From Candidatus Hydrogenedentota bacterium (GTDB taxonomy: Bacteria > Hydrogenedentota > Hydrogenedentia > Hydrogenedentales > SLHB01): a DNA stretch of 64,000 nt. Below, one piece after another: positions 9,355 through 19,512 of the stretch. The position numbers and the translations under genes are program-made. The notes under the pieces are model-generated. The model was not told the DNA's origin and did not search any database. It saw nothing but the letters and a program-made list of their open reading frames with translations. The DNA lies in contig DAIQLC010000005.1 of NCBI GenBank assembly GCA_036789645.1, forward strand, positions 38,549 through 102,548, written 5' to 3'. The first letter of the stretch is position 1. Every line of letters begins with the position of its first letter.

Positions 9355-10284
9355 ATGAAAACAGCGGCATGCCTGGTGTTGTGTCTTGTGGCGGGAGGGA
9401 CCGTGCATCTCCGCGCGGCAGAAGCAGCCGGCCTGCCCGTCCCAACGGACGCCGAACTGGCGAAGATACGCGAGGCCGCGCCCGAAAAACCCACCGTCGC
9501 CCCCCGGAGCCCGCGCAGGGTGCTGGTCTTCTCGCTTGTGCCAACGGGATACGTTCACAGCGCGATTCCTTACGGCGAGGCGGCGCTCCGAATCATCGCG
9601 GAGAAAACCGGCGCGTTCAGCGTCGAGTGTTCGAACAACATCGCCATGTTCGAACCCGAAAACCTCAACCGCTTCGACGCCGTGTTTTTCAACAACACGA
9701 ACAGCGCGCTGTTCCTGTCCGGCGATTTCGACACGCTCTCCGGCGCGCAGAAGGAGGCCGCCCGCAAACGCGATGCGGAGCTCAAACAGAGTCTCGCGGC
9801 ATTCATCCGCAACGGCAAGGGCATTGTCGCCCTGCACGCCGCGCTCGCCATCTTCGCCGAGTGGGAGGCATGGGGCGATATCATCGGCGGCCGTTTCGAC
9901 AATCATCCCTGGAACAAGGAGGTGACGGTGCGCGTCGAGGAACCCGGCCACCCCCTCCTCCAGGCGTTCACGGAGGCGGAGTTCCGGGTGCATGACGAGA
10001 TCTACCAGGTCACGGGCCCGTACTCGCGCGACACCCACCGCGTGCTGCTGTCGCTCGACCTCGAAAAGACCGGCGCGCCGAACGTGGCGGAAGTCCATCG
10101 CACGGACGGTGATTTCGCCCTCGCCTGGATCAAACCCTACGGCAACGGGCGCGTGTTTTACTGCGGGCTCGGCCATGAGCACGACCTCTTCTGGAATCCC
10201 GCGATCCTGCGGTTCCTTCTCGACGGCGTCCAGTTCGCCGCAGGCGATCTGGAGGCCGATATGACCCCGAGCGCAAAACGCTGA
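9355..10284 (+). CDS. ThuA-like (class I glutamine amidotransferase-like fold) secreted protein
   Basis: Start moved to ATG 9355 after RBS GGAAGGAG. Signal peptide; GYVHSAIP, FDAVFFNNT, HDEIY, GRVFYCGLGH are typical of ThuA domains. Confidence 0.85.
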   Translation: MKTAACLVLCLVAGGTVHLRAAEAAGLPVPTDAELAKIREAAPEKPTVAPRSPRRVLVFSLVPTGYVHSAIPYGEAALRIIAEKTGAFSVECSNNIAMFEPENLNRFDAVFFNNTNSALFLSGDFDTLSGAQKEAARKRDAELKQSLAAFIRNGKGIVALHAALAIFAEWEAWGDIIGGRFDNHPWNKEVTVRVEEPGHPLLQAFTEAEFRVHDEIYQVTGPYSRDTHRVLLSLDLEKTGAPNVAEVHRTDGDFALAWIKPYGNGRVFYCGLGHEHDLFWNPAILRFLLDGVQFAAGDLEADMTPSAKR

Positions 10285-10425
10285 AAGTGCAGAGCGTTCC
10301 GTCGGGTTTCGTGCATTTCAGACCCGATGGGGGCCCGATCTGCGGGACCGTGGTACGCCCGTGGCATCCGGCCGGGAGGGCGTTGCCGAAGCTGCCGTGC
10401 CGGATTCAATAAATACCCTCAAGAA

Positions 10426-10454
10426 TTGCCCTTTTCCGTTCCACATGGCATAAT
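10426..10454 (+). promoter_or_regulatory. Sigma70-type promoter upstream of ftsK (distal)
   Basis: TTGCCC, 17 bp, CATAAT with extended -10 TG, in an AT-rich spacer. Confidence 0.55.
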
Positions 10455-10541
10455 AAAACTAGCAATTGCCCGTAATCCGCGAACAACCGGGGGCTATCGC
10501 AACCTGTAGGGGATACGTTCAAGGGAAAACGCCATATTTTG

Positions 10542-10570
10542 TTGCCAAGACGGGTTTCATTTGGTACACT
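10542..10570 (+). promoter_or_regulatory. Sigma70-type promoter upstream of ftsK (proximal)
   Basis: TTGCCA, 17 bp, TACACT with extended -10 TG. Confidence 0.6.
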
Positions 10571-10604
10571 ACGACCTGTCAATTGATTATTATGGGGAAT
10601 TGTC

Positions 10605-13085
10605 ATGGGTTCGTCACCAAAACTCTCCGTCGATCGAATCAGGGAAATTGTTGGCGTTGTTTTTATTGCTTTCACTATTTTCCTCTTTCTGGCCCTGGTC
10701 AGTGATGGATACGACGGCGACATCCGGCGGCCGCTGGACGGCATCGGCGAGTCGGGGCATCCGTTGGGATGGCCGGGCGCCTGGGTAACCTGGTTTCTCA
10801 CCCTGCTGCTGGGCCATGGCGCGCACGTCATTTACTGCATTACCTGTGTGTGGGGCATCATGCTGTTGCGGCATGCCCCGCTCGATCGTCTGATCTCGCG
10901 GGTGAGCGGACTCTTTGTGCTCTCGTGTTCGGTGGCGTCGCTGCTGCACGTGCAGATGTCGGCGGCGGGCGAGGGTGTTGGCGGCGGCGGGGTGATTGGC
11001 GCGTTTTTCGGCGACCTGACGCGTTCGCAGTTCGGCGTGATTGGCGCCACCGTAGTCGCTCTGACCGTAGCGGCTATTGGCCTGCTGCTTTCGACGGATT
11101 TTCTGTTTGTGAACGCCCTGAACGCGTGCCGGATGACCGTCATGCTCGTGCTGAAAGCCGTGGCGCACTGGTTCGAATCCGGCACGAACGCCTGGCGCGC
11201 GGGTTCGGGCAAGCGCAAGCGCCCCGCCGCGAGCCTTCGTCAAAAAGACAAGGCCTGGAATATGCTGCGTTCGCGAAAAGACCCCGAAGAGGAGTCCGGC
11301 GAACCTGAACTCGCGCCGGAGCCCGCCGAACGCCGTATTCGCATCCGCTCGGGTTTGCGCCAGAGCCCGCAGAACGAGCCGCCCGCGCCCGAAACCCCCG
11401 AACTTCCCTTCGAGGATGTCCCGGCGGCGGTTGCGGCGTCCGCCCCCGTGGACGCGCTGGACGAACCGCAGGCGCCGGAACAGGAACCGGACGACGCGGA
11501 GACGGAGACGGAACCCGCGCAGGTGGTGGAGAGCGCGCCGGCACGGCGCAGACCCCTGTTGCCGCAGCGCAAGAAACAGCCGGAAGATGAGTTGCCGCCC
11601 GATTACGAGTACCCCAAACGCTACACAAAACCGCCGCTGAGCATTTTCGATCCGGCCCCGCCCCCGGTCGAGACGGATCTGGAAGACCACCTGTACGCGA
11701 CGAGCGCGGTGCTCGAAGAGAAACTGAAGACCTTCGGCATCGAAGCCCAGGTGGTGGAAGTGACGCGCGGTCCCACGATCACGCGCTTCGAACTGGAACC
11801 CGCCCCCGGCATCAAGGTCAGCCGGTTTCACGCACTGGCGGATGACATCGCGCTGGCGTTGCGCGCCTACCGCGTGCGCGTCGAGGCGCCGATCCCCGGC
11901 AAGGGCCGGGTGGGCATCGAAGTGCCCAATAAGGACCGGGAAACCGTGGTGGTGCGCGAACTCCTGGAATCGCGGGCGTTTTCGCGCTCGGCATACGCGC
12001 TTCCCCTGGCCCTGGGCAAAGGGATTGGCGGGGATGTCCACGTGGTCGACCTGACCGCCATGCCGCATCTCCTTGTTGCGGGGGCGACGGGCGCCGGCAA
12101 GACCATCTGCGTCAAGACCCTCCTGGCCAGCCTGCTGGTGGAACGGTCGCCGGATGAGATGCAGCTCATGCTGATCGACCCCAAGATGGTGGAACTGTCC
12201 ATCTTCAACGACATCCCTCACCTGATCACCCCCGTGGTGACCGAAGCGAAGAAGGCCGCGTCCGGCCTCAACTGGCTCATCAACGAAATGGAAGAGCGCT
12301 ACCGCCTCTTCGCGCATCTGCGCACGCGCAACATCGAGGTCTACAACGACAGCGTGGAGAACGGCGAAATCGAGATGCCGCAGAAGGATGGCGAAGCCGG
12401 CGGGTCCATGAACGTCATCCGTAAACTCCCGTATATCGTCTGCGTGATTGACGAGCTGGCCGACCTGATGATGCTGGCGCGGGCGGAAGTCGAGGACGCG
12501 ATCGCCCGGCTCGCGCAGCTTGCGCGCGCGGTGGGCATTCACCTCATCATCGCGACCCAGCGGCCGTCCGTGGATGTGCTCACCGGGGTCATCAAGGCGA
12601 ACTTCCCCGCGCGCATCTCGTTCCAGGTGGCGTCGCGGGTGGATTCGCGCTGCATCCTCGACGAGATCGGCGCGGAACGGCTCATCGGCAAGGGCGACAT
12701 GCTCTACCTGCCGCCCGGCCGCTCGAAACCGACGCGCATCCAGAGCGGGTTTGTCAGCGACGAGGAAATGAACCGCCTGGTCGCGTACCTGAAGACGCAG
12801 GCGCCCGCCCAGTACCGCGAGGAAATCGAAAAGTTCGGGAAATCGGACGATAAACTCGAGGATCTTGCCGACCAGGACGACGACCTGTTTGACGAAGCGG
12901 TGCGGATTGTGCTGGAGACCGGGCAGGCCTCAATTTCTATGGTGCAAAGACGGCTTCGGGTAGGGTATACTCGTGCCGCACGTCTCATCGATATGATGGA
13001 ATTGAGGGGAATCGTGGGTCCGCATATAGGCAGTAAAGCGCGCGAGATTCTCGTCAACGCGCCGCCCAAGAATGAGGTCGCATGA
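10605..13085 (+). CDS. ftsK: DNA translocase FtsK/SpoIIIE
   Basis: 826 aa. N-terminal TM helices, Pro/Glu-rich linker, PHLLVAGATGAGKT, LIDPKMVEL, IDELADLM, ATQRPSVD, and gamma domain (QRRLRVGYTRAARLID). Confidence 0.97.
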   Translation: MGSSPKLSVDRIREIVGVVFIAFTIFLFLALVSDGYDGDIRRPLDGIGESGHPLGWPGAWVTWFLTLLLGHGAHVIYCITCVWGIMLLRHAPLDRLISRVSGLFVLSCSVASLLHVQMSAAGEGVGGGGVIGAFFGDLTRSQFGVIGATVVALTVAAIGLLLSTDFLFVNALNACRMTVMLVLKAVAHWFESGTNAWRAGSGKRKRPAASLRQKDKAWNMLRSRKDPEEESGEPELAPEPAERRIRIRSGLRQSPQNEPPAPETPELPFEDVPAAVAASAPVDALDEPQAPEQEPDDAETETEPAQVVESAPARRRPLLPQRKKQPEDELPPDYEYPKRYTKPPLSIFDPAPPPVETDLEDHLYATSAVLEEKLKTFGIEAQVVEVTRGPTITRFELEPAPGIKVSRFHALADDIALALRAYRVRVEAPIPGKGRVGIEVPNKDRETVVVRELLESRAFSRSAYALPLALGKGIGGDVHVVDLTAMPHLLVAGATGAGKTICVKTLLASLLVERSPDEMQLMLIDPKMVELSIFNDIPHLITPVVTEAKKAASGLNWLINEMEERYRLFAHLRTRNIEVYNDSVENGEIEMPQKDGEAGGSMNVIRKLPYIVCVIDELADLMMLARAEVEDAIARLAQLARAVGIHLIIATQRPSVDVLTGVIKANFPARISFQVASRVDSRCILDEIGAERLIGKGDMLYLPPGRSKPTRIQSGFVSDEEMNRLVAYLKTQAPAQYREEIEKFGKSDDKLEDLADQDDDLFDEAVRIVLETGQASISMVQRRLRVGYTRAARLIDMMELRGIVGPHIGSKAREILVNAPPKNEVA

Positions 13086-13576
13086 GCACCAAGGCAACAT
13101 TTCCGGGACATGAATTGCGCGAGCAACGGGAAGCGCGCGGTTTGAGCCTGGCCGAAGTCTACAAACGGGTACACATCCCGATCCGATATCTGCAAGCCCT
13201 CGAACAGGCGCGTTTTGAAGACCTGCCCGAACCGTGTTTTGTTGGAGGGTTTCTCAAATCGTACTGCGCCTTTCTCGAACTGAGCGCCGAGCGCTTCATC
13301 AATCTCTACCACGAAGCGGCAAACCCGACCCCCGCGAGGCTGCTGCGCAATGCCCGGAAAGAGCCCGGCGTCCCGGAATGGCGTCGCGAACTCGTAACGT
13401 GGGCGGCGATCTGCGCCATCCTGGCCACGGGATGGCTGGCCTACCACGTGGTCGTGCGGCCGGACGCCGGCCCGGGAAACGGCCGGGTCGAAGCCGGCGC
13501 ACCGGACATCAACGAGCGCTCCGTTCCGCAAGGCAATCCGTTTGAACCGGCCAGCGGACACGTCAGCCGGCCGTAG
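13082..13576 (+). CDS. rodZ: RodZ-like HTH membrane protein (short form)
   Basis: 164 aa. HTH_25-type N-terminus (GHELREQREARGLSL...YLQALE...GFLKSYC) and a single TM helix. ATGA overlap with ftsK; conserved ftsK-rodZ-pgsA order. Confidence 0.8.
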   Translation: MSTKATFPGHELREQREARGLSLAEVYKRVHIPIRYLQALEQARFEDLPEPCFVGGFLKSYCAFLELSAERFINLYHEAANPTPARLLRNARKEPGVPEWRRELVTWAAICAILATGWLAYHVVVRPDAGPGNGRVEAGAPDINERSVPQGNPFEPASGHVSRP

Positions 13577-13691
13577 CCCCCGGGTCCGCGGCAAGACAGG
13601 CGGTTGATATCGTCATTCCCTCGCCTTGATCAATTTGTTACAATGACGCCGGTTCCATGACCATACGAGAACACCGGGCTCTTTCCCAGTA

Positions 13692-14351
13692 GTGATGAAC
13701 ATGCCAATGCCAGACGACACCTCCAGAAACGGGGCAGCGGGGCACGAAACGCCTGCCGTGTTCAATCTGCCGAACCAGCTCACGCTGTTGAGGCTGCTCA
13801 TGACCCCCGTGCTGCTCGTCCTGCTCTCCGTGGATACGCTGCCCACGTACGCGGCCGGCTACGCCCTGTTTATCGCGGCGACGCTGACCGACTATTATGA
13901 TGGGAAGATCGCGCGTGAACGCAATCTGATCACGAATTTCGGCAAACTCATGGACCCATTGGCCGACAAGATCCTGATATCGACGGTGTTCATCATGATG
14001 GTCGGCATGCCCGACCTGATCGTGCCGCGGTGGACGGTGGTGGTCATCATCGCGCGGGAGTTTCTGGTGACCGGGGTGCGGTCGCTGGCGGCCAGCGAAG
14101 GGGTCATTATCGCGGCCAACAAGTACGGCAAGACCAAGGCGGTGCTTCAGATGGTCTTCGTACACGTGTTTCTCGGCCTGGTGATTCTGAAACGTCTCGC
14201 GGCCTTCTGGCTTCCGGGTCCGGTGTCGGACTATGCATGGATCCTGCACTACACATCCCTGTGTGCGATCATCTTCGTGGCTTTATACACCGTATACTCG
14301 GGTGTGCGCTATGCACAATTGAACTGGCAGACCTTGCGCCTGGGGAGTTGA
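13692..14351 (+). CDS. pgsA: CDP-diacylglycerol--glycerol-3-phosphate 3-phosphatidyltransferase
   Basis: NLPNQLTLLR, TDYYDGKIAR, FGKLMDPLADK (CDP-alcohol phosphotransferase motif), GKTKAVLQM. Confidence 0.95.
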   Translation: MMNMPMPDDTSRNGAAGHETPAVFNLPNQLTLLRLLMTPVLLVLLSVDTLPTYAAGYALFIAATLTDYYDGKIARERNLITNFGKLMDPLADKILISTVFIMMVGMPDLIVPRWTVVVIIAREFLVTGVRSLAASEGVIIAANKYGKTKAVLQMVFVHVFLGLVILKRLAAFWLPGPVSDYAWILHYTSLCAIIFVALYTVYSGVRYAQLNWQTLRLGS

Positions 14352-14352
14352 G

Positions 14353-15474
14353 ATGGACAGCACGGCACAGTCTACATTCATCGTCGATCTGGCGGCGTAC
14401 GCCCAGAACCTGCGCGTGATCCGCGAGATGATCCCCCGGGAGTGCGCGATCATGGCCGTCGTGAAGGGCAACGCGTACGGCCACGGCTCCGTGGCGATCG
14501 CGCAGCGCGCCCTGCAGGCCGGTGCGGCGATGCTTGGCGTCGCCACCGTGGAAGAGGCCATGGTGTTGCGTTCCGCAAGCATTACCGCGCCGATCACGGT
14601 GCTCATGCAGCCGCCTGCCGACGCCTTTCCCGAAGCCATCGAAAACAACCTGCGGCTGGTCCTTTCAGACATCGACGCCGCCGAAAAACTGGGCGAACTG
14701 GCACGCAAGCGCAACCGGGTGATCCCGATTCACTGCAAGGTTGACACGGGGATGGGGCGCGAAGGCCTGGATCCCGAAAGCGTCATCGCGGCGATGCGGC
14801 ATGTCACGCGGGTATCGCACATCGATATCGAGGGCGTCGCCACCCACTTCTCGAGCGCGGACGATATCGATGACCCGGCGACCGCCAACCAGCTCCGCAT
14901 TTTCAAGCAGGTGCTGAGACAATTCGAGAAAGAAGGCATCCCCTACGAAATGGCGCACGCCGCCAACAGCGCCGCCATCGTCGGCCATCCGGCCAGCGCC
15001 TTCAACATGGTGCGCCCCGGCCTCATGACCTACGGCGTCTGGCCCACCGACACCCCCCCCGAGCGCATGGCCCTGCGGCCCGTGGGCCGGTGGGAATCGA
15101 AAATCGTGCTGATCAAGGAGCTTCCGTCCGGCTGGAGCATCGGCTATGGCCGCACGTACACGACCGAACGTCCGACGCGCACCGCCGTCATTCCCGTCGG
15201 GTATGCCGATGGCTACAAGGTGCCGTTCGGCAACAACGCCGACGTGCTCATCCGCGGACGGCGCTGCCCGGTCCGCGGCCGCGTTTCGATGGACCAGATC
15301 GTGGTCGATGTGACCGAGGTGCCCGGCGTGACGGCCGGCGACCCCGCCGTGCTCATCGGGATTGACGGTTCCGAGCAGATCACCGTGTCGGAACTGGCAA
15401 AACGCGCCAGAACCGTGGGACAGGACATCCTGTCGTGCATCGGCCCGCGGGTGCATCGCGTTTACGTGAACTGA
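14353..15474 (+). CDS. alr: Alanine racemase
   Basis: AVVKGNAYGHG (PLP lysine), HCKVDTGMGR, VRPGLMTYG, IGYGRTY, GRVSMDQ. Confidence 0.97.
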   Translation: MDSTAQSTFIVDLAAYAQNLRVIREMIPRECAIMAVVKGNAYGHGSVAIAQRALQAGAAMLGVATVEEAMVLRSASITAPITVLMQPPADAFPEAIENNLRLVLSDIDAAEKLGELARKRNRVIPIHCKVDTGMGREGLDPESVIAAMRHVTRVSHIDIEGVATHFSSADDIDDPATANQLRIFKQVLRQFEKEGIPYEMAHAANSAAIVGHPASAFNMVRPGLMTYGVWPTDTPPERMALRPVGRWESKIVLIKELPSGWSIGYGRTYTTERPTRTAVIPVGYADGYKVPFGNNADVLIRGRRCPVRGRVSMDQIVVDVTEVPGVTAGDPAVLIGIDGSEQITVSELAKRARTVGQDILSCIGPRVHRVYVN

Positions 15475-15506
15475 CCGCGGCGGCCCTATGAAACGGCCCG
15501 TCTGAC

Positions 15507-16046
15507 ATGGCCAACCTGTTTTACATAGACGGGTACAACGTCATCCATCACTGCCGGCGCCTGAAGGCGCTCGCCCGCGCGGATTTCGAGGCCGCCCGGG
15601 AAACGCTCATTGACCGTGTGGCCCGCTACTGCAGCGACGCCGGCCAGGCCGCCAGGATCATCTTCGACGGTTGCGGCCGCCGCCCGGATCTGATCTCCCC
15701 CTTCCTGTCCACGCCGCGCCTCGAGGTCATCTACTCCCCCGCCCACCAGACGGCGGACGCGCTCATCGAACGCGAGGTGTACGAAGCCGGAAACCGGTCG
15801 GCGATCGTTGTGGTGACCAGCGACCGGGGAATTCGCGACCTGTGCGGGGGTCTCGGCGCGCTTACCATGCATCCCGACCATTTTCTCAAGACCATCGAGG
15901 AGAGCCTGCAACAGGCGCGCACCAGCCTCCAGGCGGCCCAGCACCGGCCGCAACGCGCTACCCGCATGGAAGACCATCTCGACGAGGAAACCCGGGCCAG
16001 TCTCGAAAACCTCCGCCAACGGCTCGAGGACCGCACCGGCCATTAA
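15507..16046 (+). CDS. NYN-domain (YacP/Rae1-like) ribonuclease
   Basis: YIDGYNVIH, IIFDG, TADALIE, VVTSD are the acidic PIN/NYN motifs. Confidence 0.85.
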   Translation: MANLFYIDGYNVIHHCRRLKALARADFEAARETLIDRVARYCSDAGQAARIIFDGCGRRPDLISPFLSTPRLEVIYSPAHQTADALIEREVYEAGNRSAIVVVTSDRGIRDLCGGLGALTMHPDHFLKTIEESLQQARTSLQAAQHRPQRATRMEDHLDEETRASLENLRQRLEDRTGH

Positions 16047-17968
16047 AGCTGTGCGGACGCCAGCTCCTGCAACTCCGCGTCGATGCTCTGTGTCACCGGG
16101 AACCGGAAACCCGTTTTCGGATCGAGGTCAAGCTCCAGGACCTTGAGCGTCACGGGCAACTGCTCGCGTTTCCACTGACTCTGAACAAACAGCCGCCCGA
16201 AACTGGCCGTCCAGGCCCGGAGTTGTTCCGCGGCGCAATCCGGGTGACGGACCACGAGCATGCGCCAGCAATCGGCAAGGCTCATCCGTCTCCGTGCAAA
16301 GAGAAACAGGAGGTCATCCAGCACGATATAAGGCATCAGGTCGGCTTCGTCGGTCTGGTTCGGCGCCAGTTCCGCGCTCGGGGGAAGCGCGAGCACGCCC
16401 GTGAGCGCGGCCACGTTGTCGCGCGCCGCAATCCGCTCCAGCAGCGCCGTCACGATGGTCTTGGGGACGTTGGCAATCGGCGAGTAGCCGCCCTGATTGT
16501 CGCCGCCCGTCGTGGTGTAGCCCACGGCGGCCTCGCTCAGATTGGACGTGACCAACAGCAGCCCGCGCTCGTTATTGGCCCAGTTGAGCATCATGCTTCC
16601 GCGAATGCGGGCCTGAAGGTTCTGCCGGGCCACGGGCGTGATCCTGTCTTTGCTCCCCGTCAGTTCCCCTGCCTTCTCAAGCGCGATCGCCGATTCGTCG
16701 TCGATCCCCACGACCACAAACGGCACCCCGAATGCCTCAGCCAGTGCGCGCGCGGCGGATTGCGTCGCGTCGCTGCTGTACGCCGAATGAGGAAGATACG
16801 CCGTCTTGACCCGCCGGGCGTAATCCGGGGCGCCTGCGCCGGCCTTCAGCGCCTTGGCAGCCTCGACGGCCAGCAAGAGGCAGAGCGCGCTGTCGCGCCC
16901 GCCCGACAAGGCCACCAGAAACCGTTCAAAGGCGCCCACCTTCTCAAAATAATCGCGCAGCCCCAGCACCAGCGCATCAAACAACTGGTCCAGAAACTCG
17001 CCCGTCCCCGGGCACGCAGGGGGCGCGCCCGGCATAAACAGGTTTCCGGACAGGTGCGCCGCGAATTCGCCGGTGGGCGCTGGGGTGTAGGCGCCCTCGG
17101 ACAGATCGACGAAGCGCAGGCCGCTGGACTGGGAAGCGCGTTCGGCGCTCTGGCGCCACGTCGAGTTCTCGGCCCGCACACGCGCAATGTCATCGAGATT
17201 GACCACCCCGGTCGTGAGGGTCCAGTAGTCTTTCGACAGCAGCGGTCCCTCGGCCGCGATGCCGTCGGGCGTGGCGACGAAGCCCCCGCCGTCAAACACC
17301 AGCCGGCCGCTGTCGCAGCCCAGCAGGTTGGCGTACGCATACACGCACGCGAGGCTGCCCGCGGCGCCCAGCACCAGCCGCCGCCGCTGCTCGTTCTTGA
17401 GCGGGGTAAACGGCGAAGCGCTGCTGTTGCAGATGATCTCCGCGCCGGCGTGCACCCGTTCGCGGGCCGGCTGGTTGGCGGTCCACAAATCTTCGCAGAT
17501 TTCGGCGCTGACGTTGCCAAACGGAAGCGTGAAGATGAGTTCGCCCGCGGGCACGCCGTGAATCTCCGTCGCGCCCTGCCGCCACGACGTCCAGTTGCGG
17601 CCTTCGTAGAAGATGCTGTAGGTGGGCAGGTACTTCTTGAGAATCACGCCGCGCACCGCCCCGTCGTACACCAGCGCCGCGCCGTTGTACATCATGGAAT
17701 CCATGCAAACCGGCAGCCCGACAAAGGCGGCCATACCCGCACTGCCGCGGGCCAGTAACTCAAGCTCGTCCCAACTGCGGCGCGCGATATCGGGCCAGAA
17801 CACGCGGTCCTCCAGGCTGTACCCCGACAGGCCCAGTTCCGGCGTCACCAGGAGATGCACCCCCTCCGCCCGCGCGGCTTCCAACACCTCGCGGAGGCGC
17901 GCGCCGTTGCCCGAAAAATCGCCCACCTTCACCGATACCGATGCCACGCCAATCTTGACTAGACGCAT
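16043..17968 (-). CDS. nadE: Glutamine-dependent NAD+ synthetase
   Basis: Start moved to MRLVKIG (RBS GAGGTGG). Nitrilase domain with E-K-C triad (TPELGLSGY, KKYLPTY, EICEDLW) plus synthetase SGGRDS and NLQARIRG. Confidence 0.95.
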   Translation of the reverse strand: MRLVKIGVASVSVKVGDFSGNGARLREVLEAARAEGVHLLVTPELGLSGYSLEDRVFWPDIARRSWDELELLARGSAGMAAFVGLPVCMDSMMYNGAALVYDGAVRGVILKKYLPTYSIFYEGRNWTSWRQGATEIHGVPAGELIFTLPFGNVSAEICEDLWTANQPARERVHAGAEIICNSSASPFTPLKNEQRRRLVLGAAGSLACVYAYANLLGCDSGRLVFDGGGFVATPDGIAAEGPLLSKDYWTLTTGVVNLDDIARVRAENSTWRQSAERASQSSGLRFVDLSEGAYTPAPTGEFAAHLSGNLFMPGAPPACPGTGEFLDQLFDALVLGLRDYFEKVGAFERFLVALSGGRDSALCLLLAVEAAKALKAGAGAPDYARRVKTAYLPHSAYSSDATQSAARALAEAFGVPFVVVGIDDESAIALEKAGELTGSKDRITPVARQNLQARIRGSMMLNWANNERGLLLVTSNLSEAAVGYTTTGGDNQGGYSPIANVPKTIVTALLERIAARDNVAALTGVLALPPSAELAPNQTDEADLMPYIVLDDLLFLFARRRMSLADCWRMLVVRHPDCAAEQLRAWTASFGRLFVQSQWKREQLPVTLKVLELDLDPKTGFRFPVTQSIDAELQELASAQL

Positions 17969-18051
17969 ACGTCCACCTCGCCCCCGTTGCCGCCACGGCG
18001 GCATAACGCGCCCATACGGCCCGTACTGCATGCCGGCACCTTGCCACCCTC

Positions 18052-19512
18052 CTACGCCACGTCGGGATTCTCGAGGAGCGCCGCCTTGTCCCGTCCGACG
18101 GCTTCCGACAGCATCACGCGGTAGATCTCGGGGTTCCGGAGCCGCTTGAATTCATCCGGCAGCGCGGCGATGTTCCGCAGCGCCCGCTCGCGCATGTCCG
18201 GCAGCGGCGTGGGTTCTATCTTGCGTTCGCCCCGCTCGAAACAGGTCTCGAAGAGGTCTTCGCTCCGAACCGCATCGCGGATGAGCGAGCGGATATGAGG
18301 ATCGCTGCGGCGGCGTCCTTCAATCTCGCCGTGTCGCGCAATGGGTTCGCCGTTCGTATACAGCACGTCGCCGAGGGGGTGGTTGTGTGCGTCATAGTAT
18401 CGGACGGGATGTTTTCGGCCGGGATCCGTCGCCTTTTCGATGTTGGACGAGATCTTGATCTTCGGACGCCAGGTCTCGCCTTCGGCCACCGCCACCAGTT
18501 TGTACACGCCGCTGAGGGCCGGGCAATCGTTCGAGGTGATGAGATGGGTACCGACGCCCCACGCGTTTATCCGGGCGCCCTGCCGTTTGAGGTCGGCGAT
18601 CAGATCTTCATCGAGGTCGTTGGATGCGACGATAAGCGGGTTCTTCAGGCCGGCCTCCGTCATCATGCGATAGGCCATCTTGCTGAGTTTGGCCAGGTCG
18701 CCCGAGTCCAGCCGGATAGCCGGCCGGGCCATCTGCCCCTTCGCGTGCATTTCCTTGAACACGGCTATCGCGTTCGGCACGCCGCTGCCCAGCGTGTCAT
18801 ACGTGTCGACGAGCAACACGCAGCGGTCGGGATAGTTGCGCGCGAACGCCCGGAAGGCCTCCAGTTCGCTGGGAAAACTCATGACCCAACTGTGGGCATG
18901 GGTGCCCGACACGGGGATGCCGTAGATCTTGCCCGCAAGCACGTTCGACGTCGACGTGCATCCTCCAATATAGGCCGCGCGTGAACCGCTCAGTCCGCCG
19001 TCCGGCCCGTGCGCCCGGCGCAGGCCGAATTCCATCACGGGCTCGCCTTCCGCGGCGAGGCAGATGCGGGCGGCCTTCGTCGCAATCAGGGTCTGGTAAT
19101 TCAGCGTGTTCAAGAGCGCCGTTTCGACGAGTTGGGCCTCCAGCACAGAGCCCTCCACCTGCAGGATGGGCTCGTGGGGAAACACCAGCGTGCCCTCGGG
19201 CACGGCCCGGATGGTCAGGGAGGGACGAAAGTCCCCCAGGTACGCGAGGAATGCGTCGTCGAACAGGCCCAGGGTGGCGAGGTAGTCCAGGTCGTCGCTG
19301 CTGAAACGCAGATTCTCGAGGTATTGCAGAAACGGCCCCAGTCCGGCCGCGACGGCGAAACCGGCGTTGGGCGGAAGCCGCCGGAAGAAGTACTCGAAAC
19401 ACACGCGCTGGCCGGCACGCTGCTCTTTCCAGAACCCGGCGACCATGGTCAGTTCATACAAATCGGTGAGCAGAGCCAGCCCTTCGCGCTGGCACCATGG
19501 CTGTGCTGACAT
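18052..19512 (-). CDS. pncB: Nicotinate phosphoribosyltransferase
   Basis: LLTDLYELTM, MEFGLRRAHG, GTHAHSWV, LVDTYDT, IRLDSGD. Confidence 0.96.
   Translation of the reverse strand: MSAQPWCQREGLALLTDLYELTMVAGFWKEQRAGQRVCFEYFFRRLPPNAGFAVAAGLGPFLQYLENLRFSSDDLDYLATLGLFDDAFLAYLGDFRPSLTIRAVPEGTLVFPHEPILQVEGSVLEAQLVETALLNTLNYQTLIATKAARICLAAEGEPVMEFGLRRAHGPDGGLSGSRAAYIGGCTSTSNVLAGKIYGIPVSGTHAHSWVMSFPSELEAFRAFARNYPDRCVLLVDTYDTLGSGVPNAIAVFKEMHAKGQMARPAIRLDSGDLAKLSKMAYRMMTEAGLKNPLIVASNDLDEDLIADLKRQGARINAWGVGTHLITSNDCPALSGVYKLVAVAEGETWRPKIKISSNIEKATDPGRKHPVRYYDAHNHPLGDVLYTNGEPIARHGEIEGRRRSDPHIRSLIRDAVRSEDLFETCFERGERKIEPTPLPDMRERALRNIAALPDEFKRLRNPEIYRVMLSEAVGRDKAALLENPDVA

Noticed and set aside
6875-9544. 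889-aa minus-strand ORF, and similar long shadows at 4195-5997, 10614-12542, 15671-17758 and 44576-46372
   Set aside because: Each lies opposite a well-supported gene and lacks recognisable motifs or an RBS.
11170-11180. GGTTCGAATCC tRNA T-arm-like motif
   Set aside because: Inside ftsK, with no cloverleaf or acceptor stem around it.
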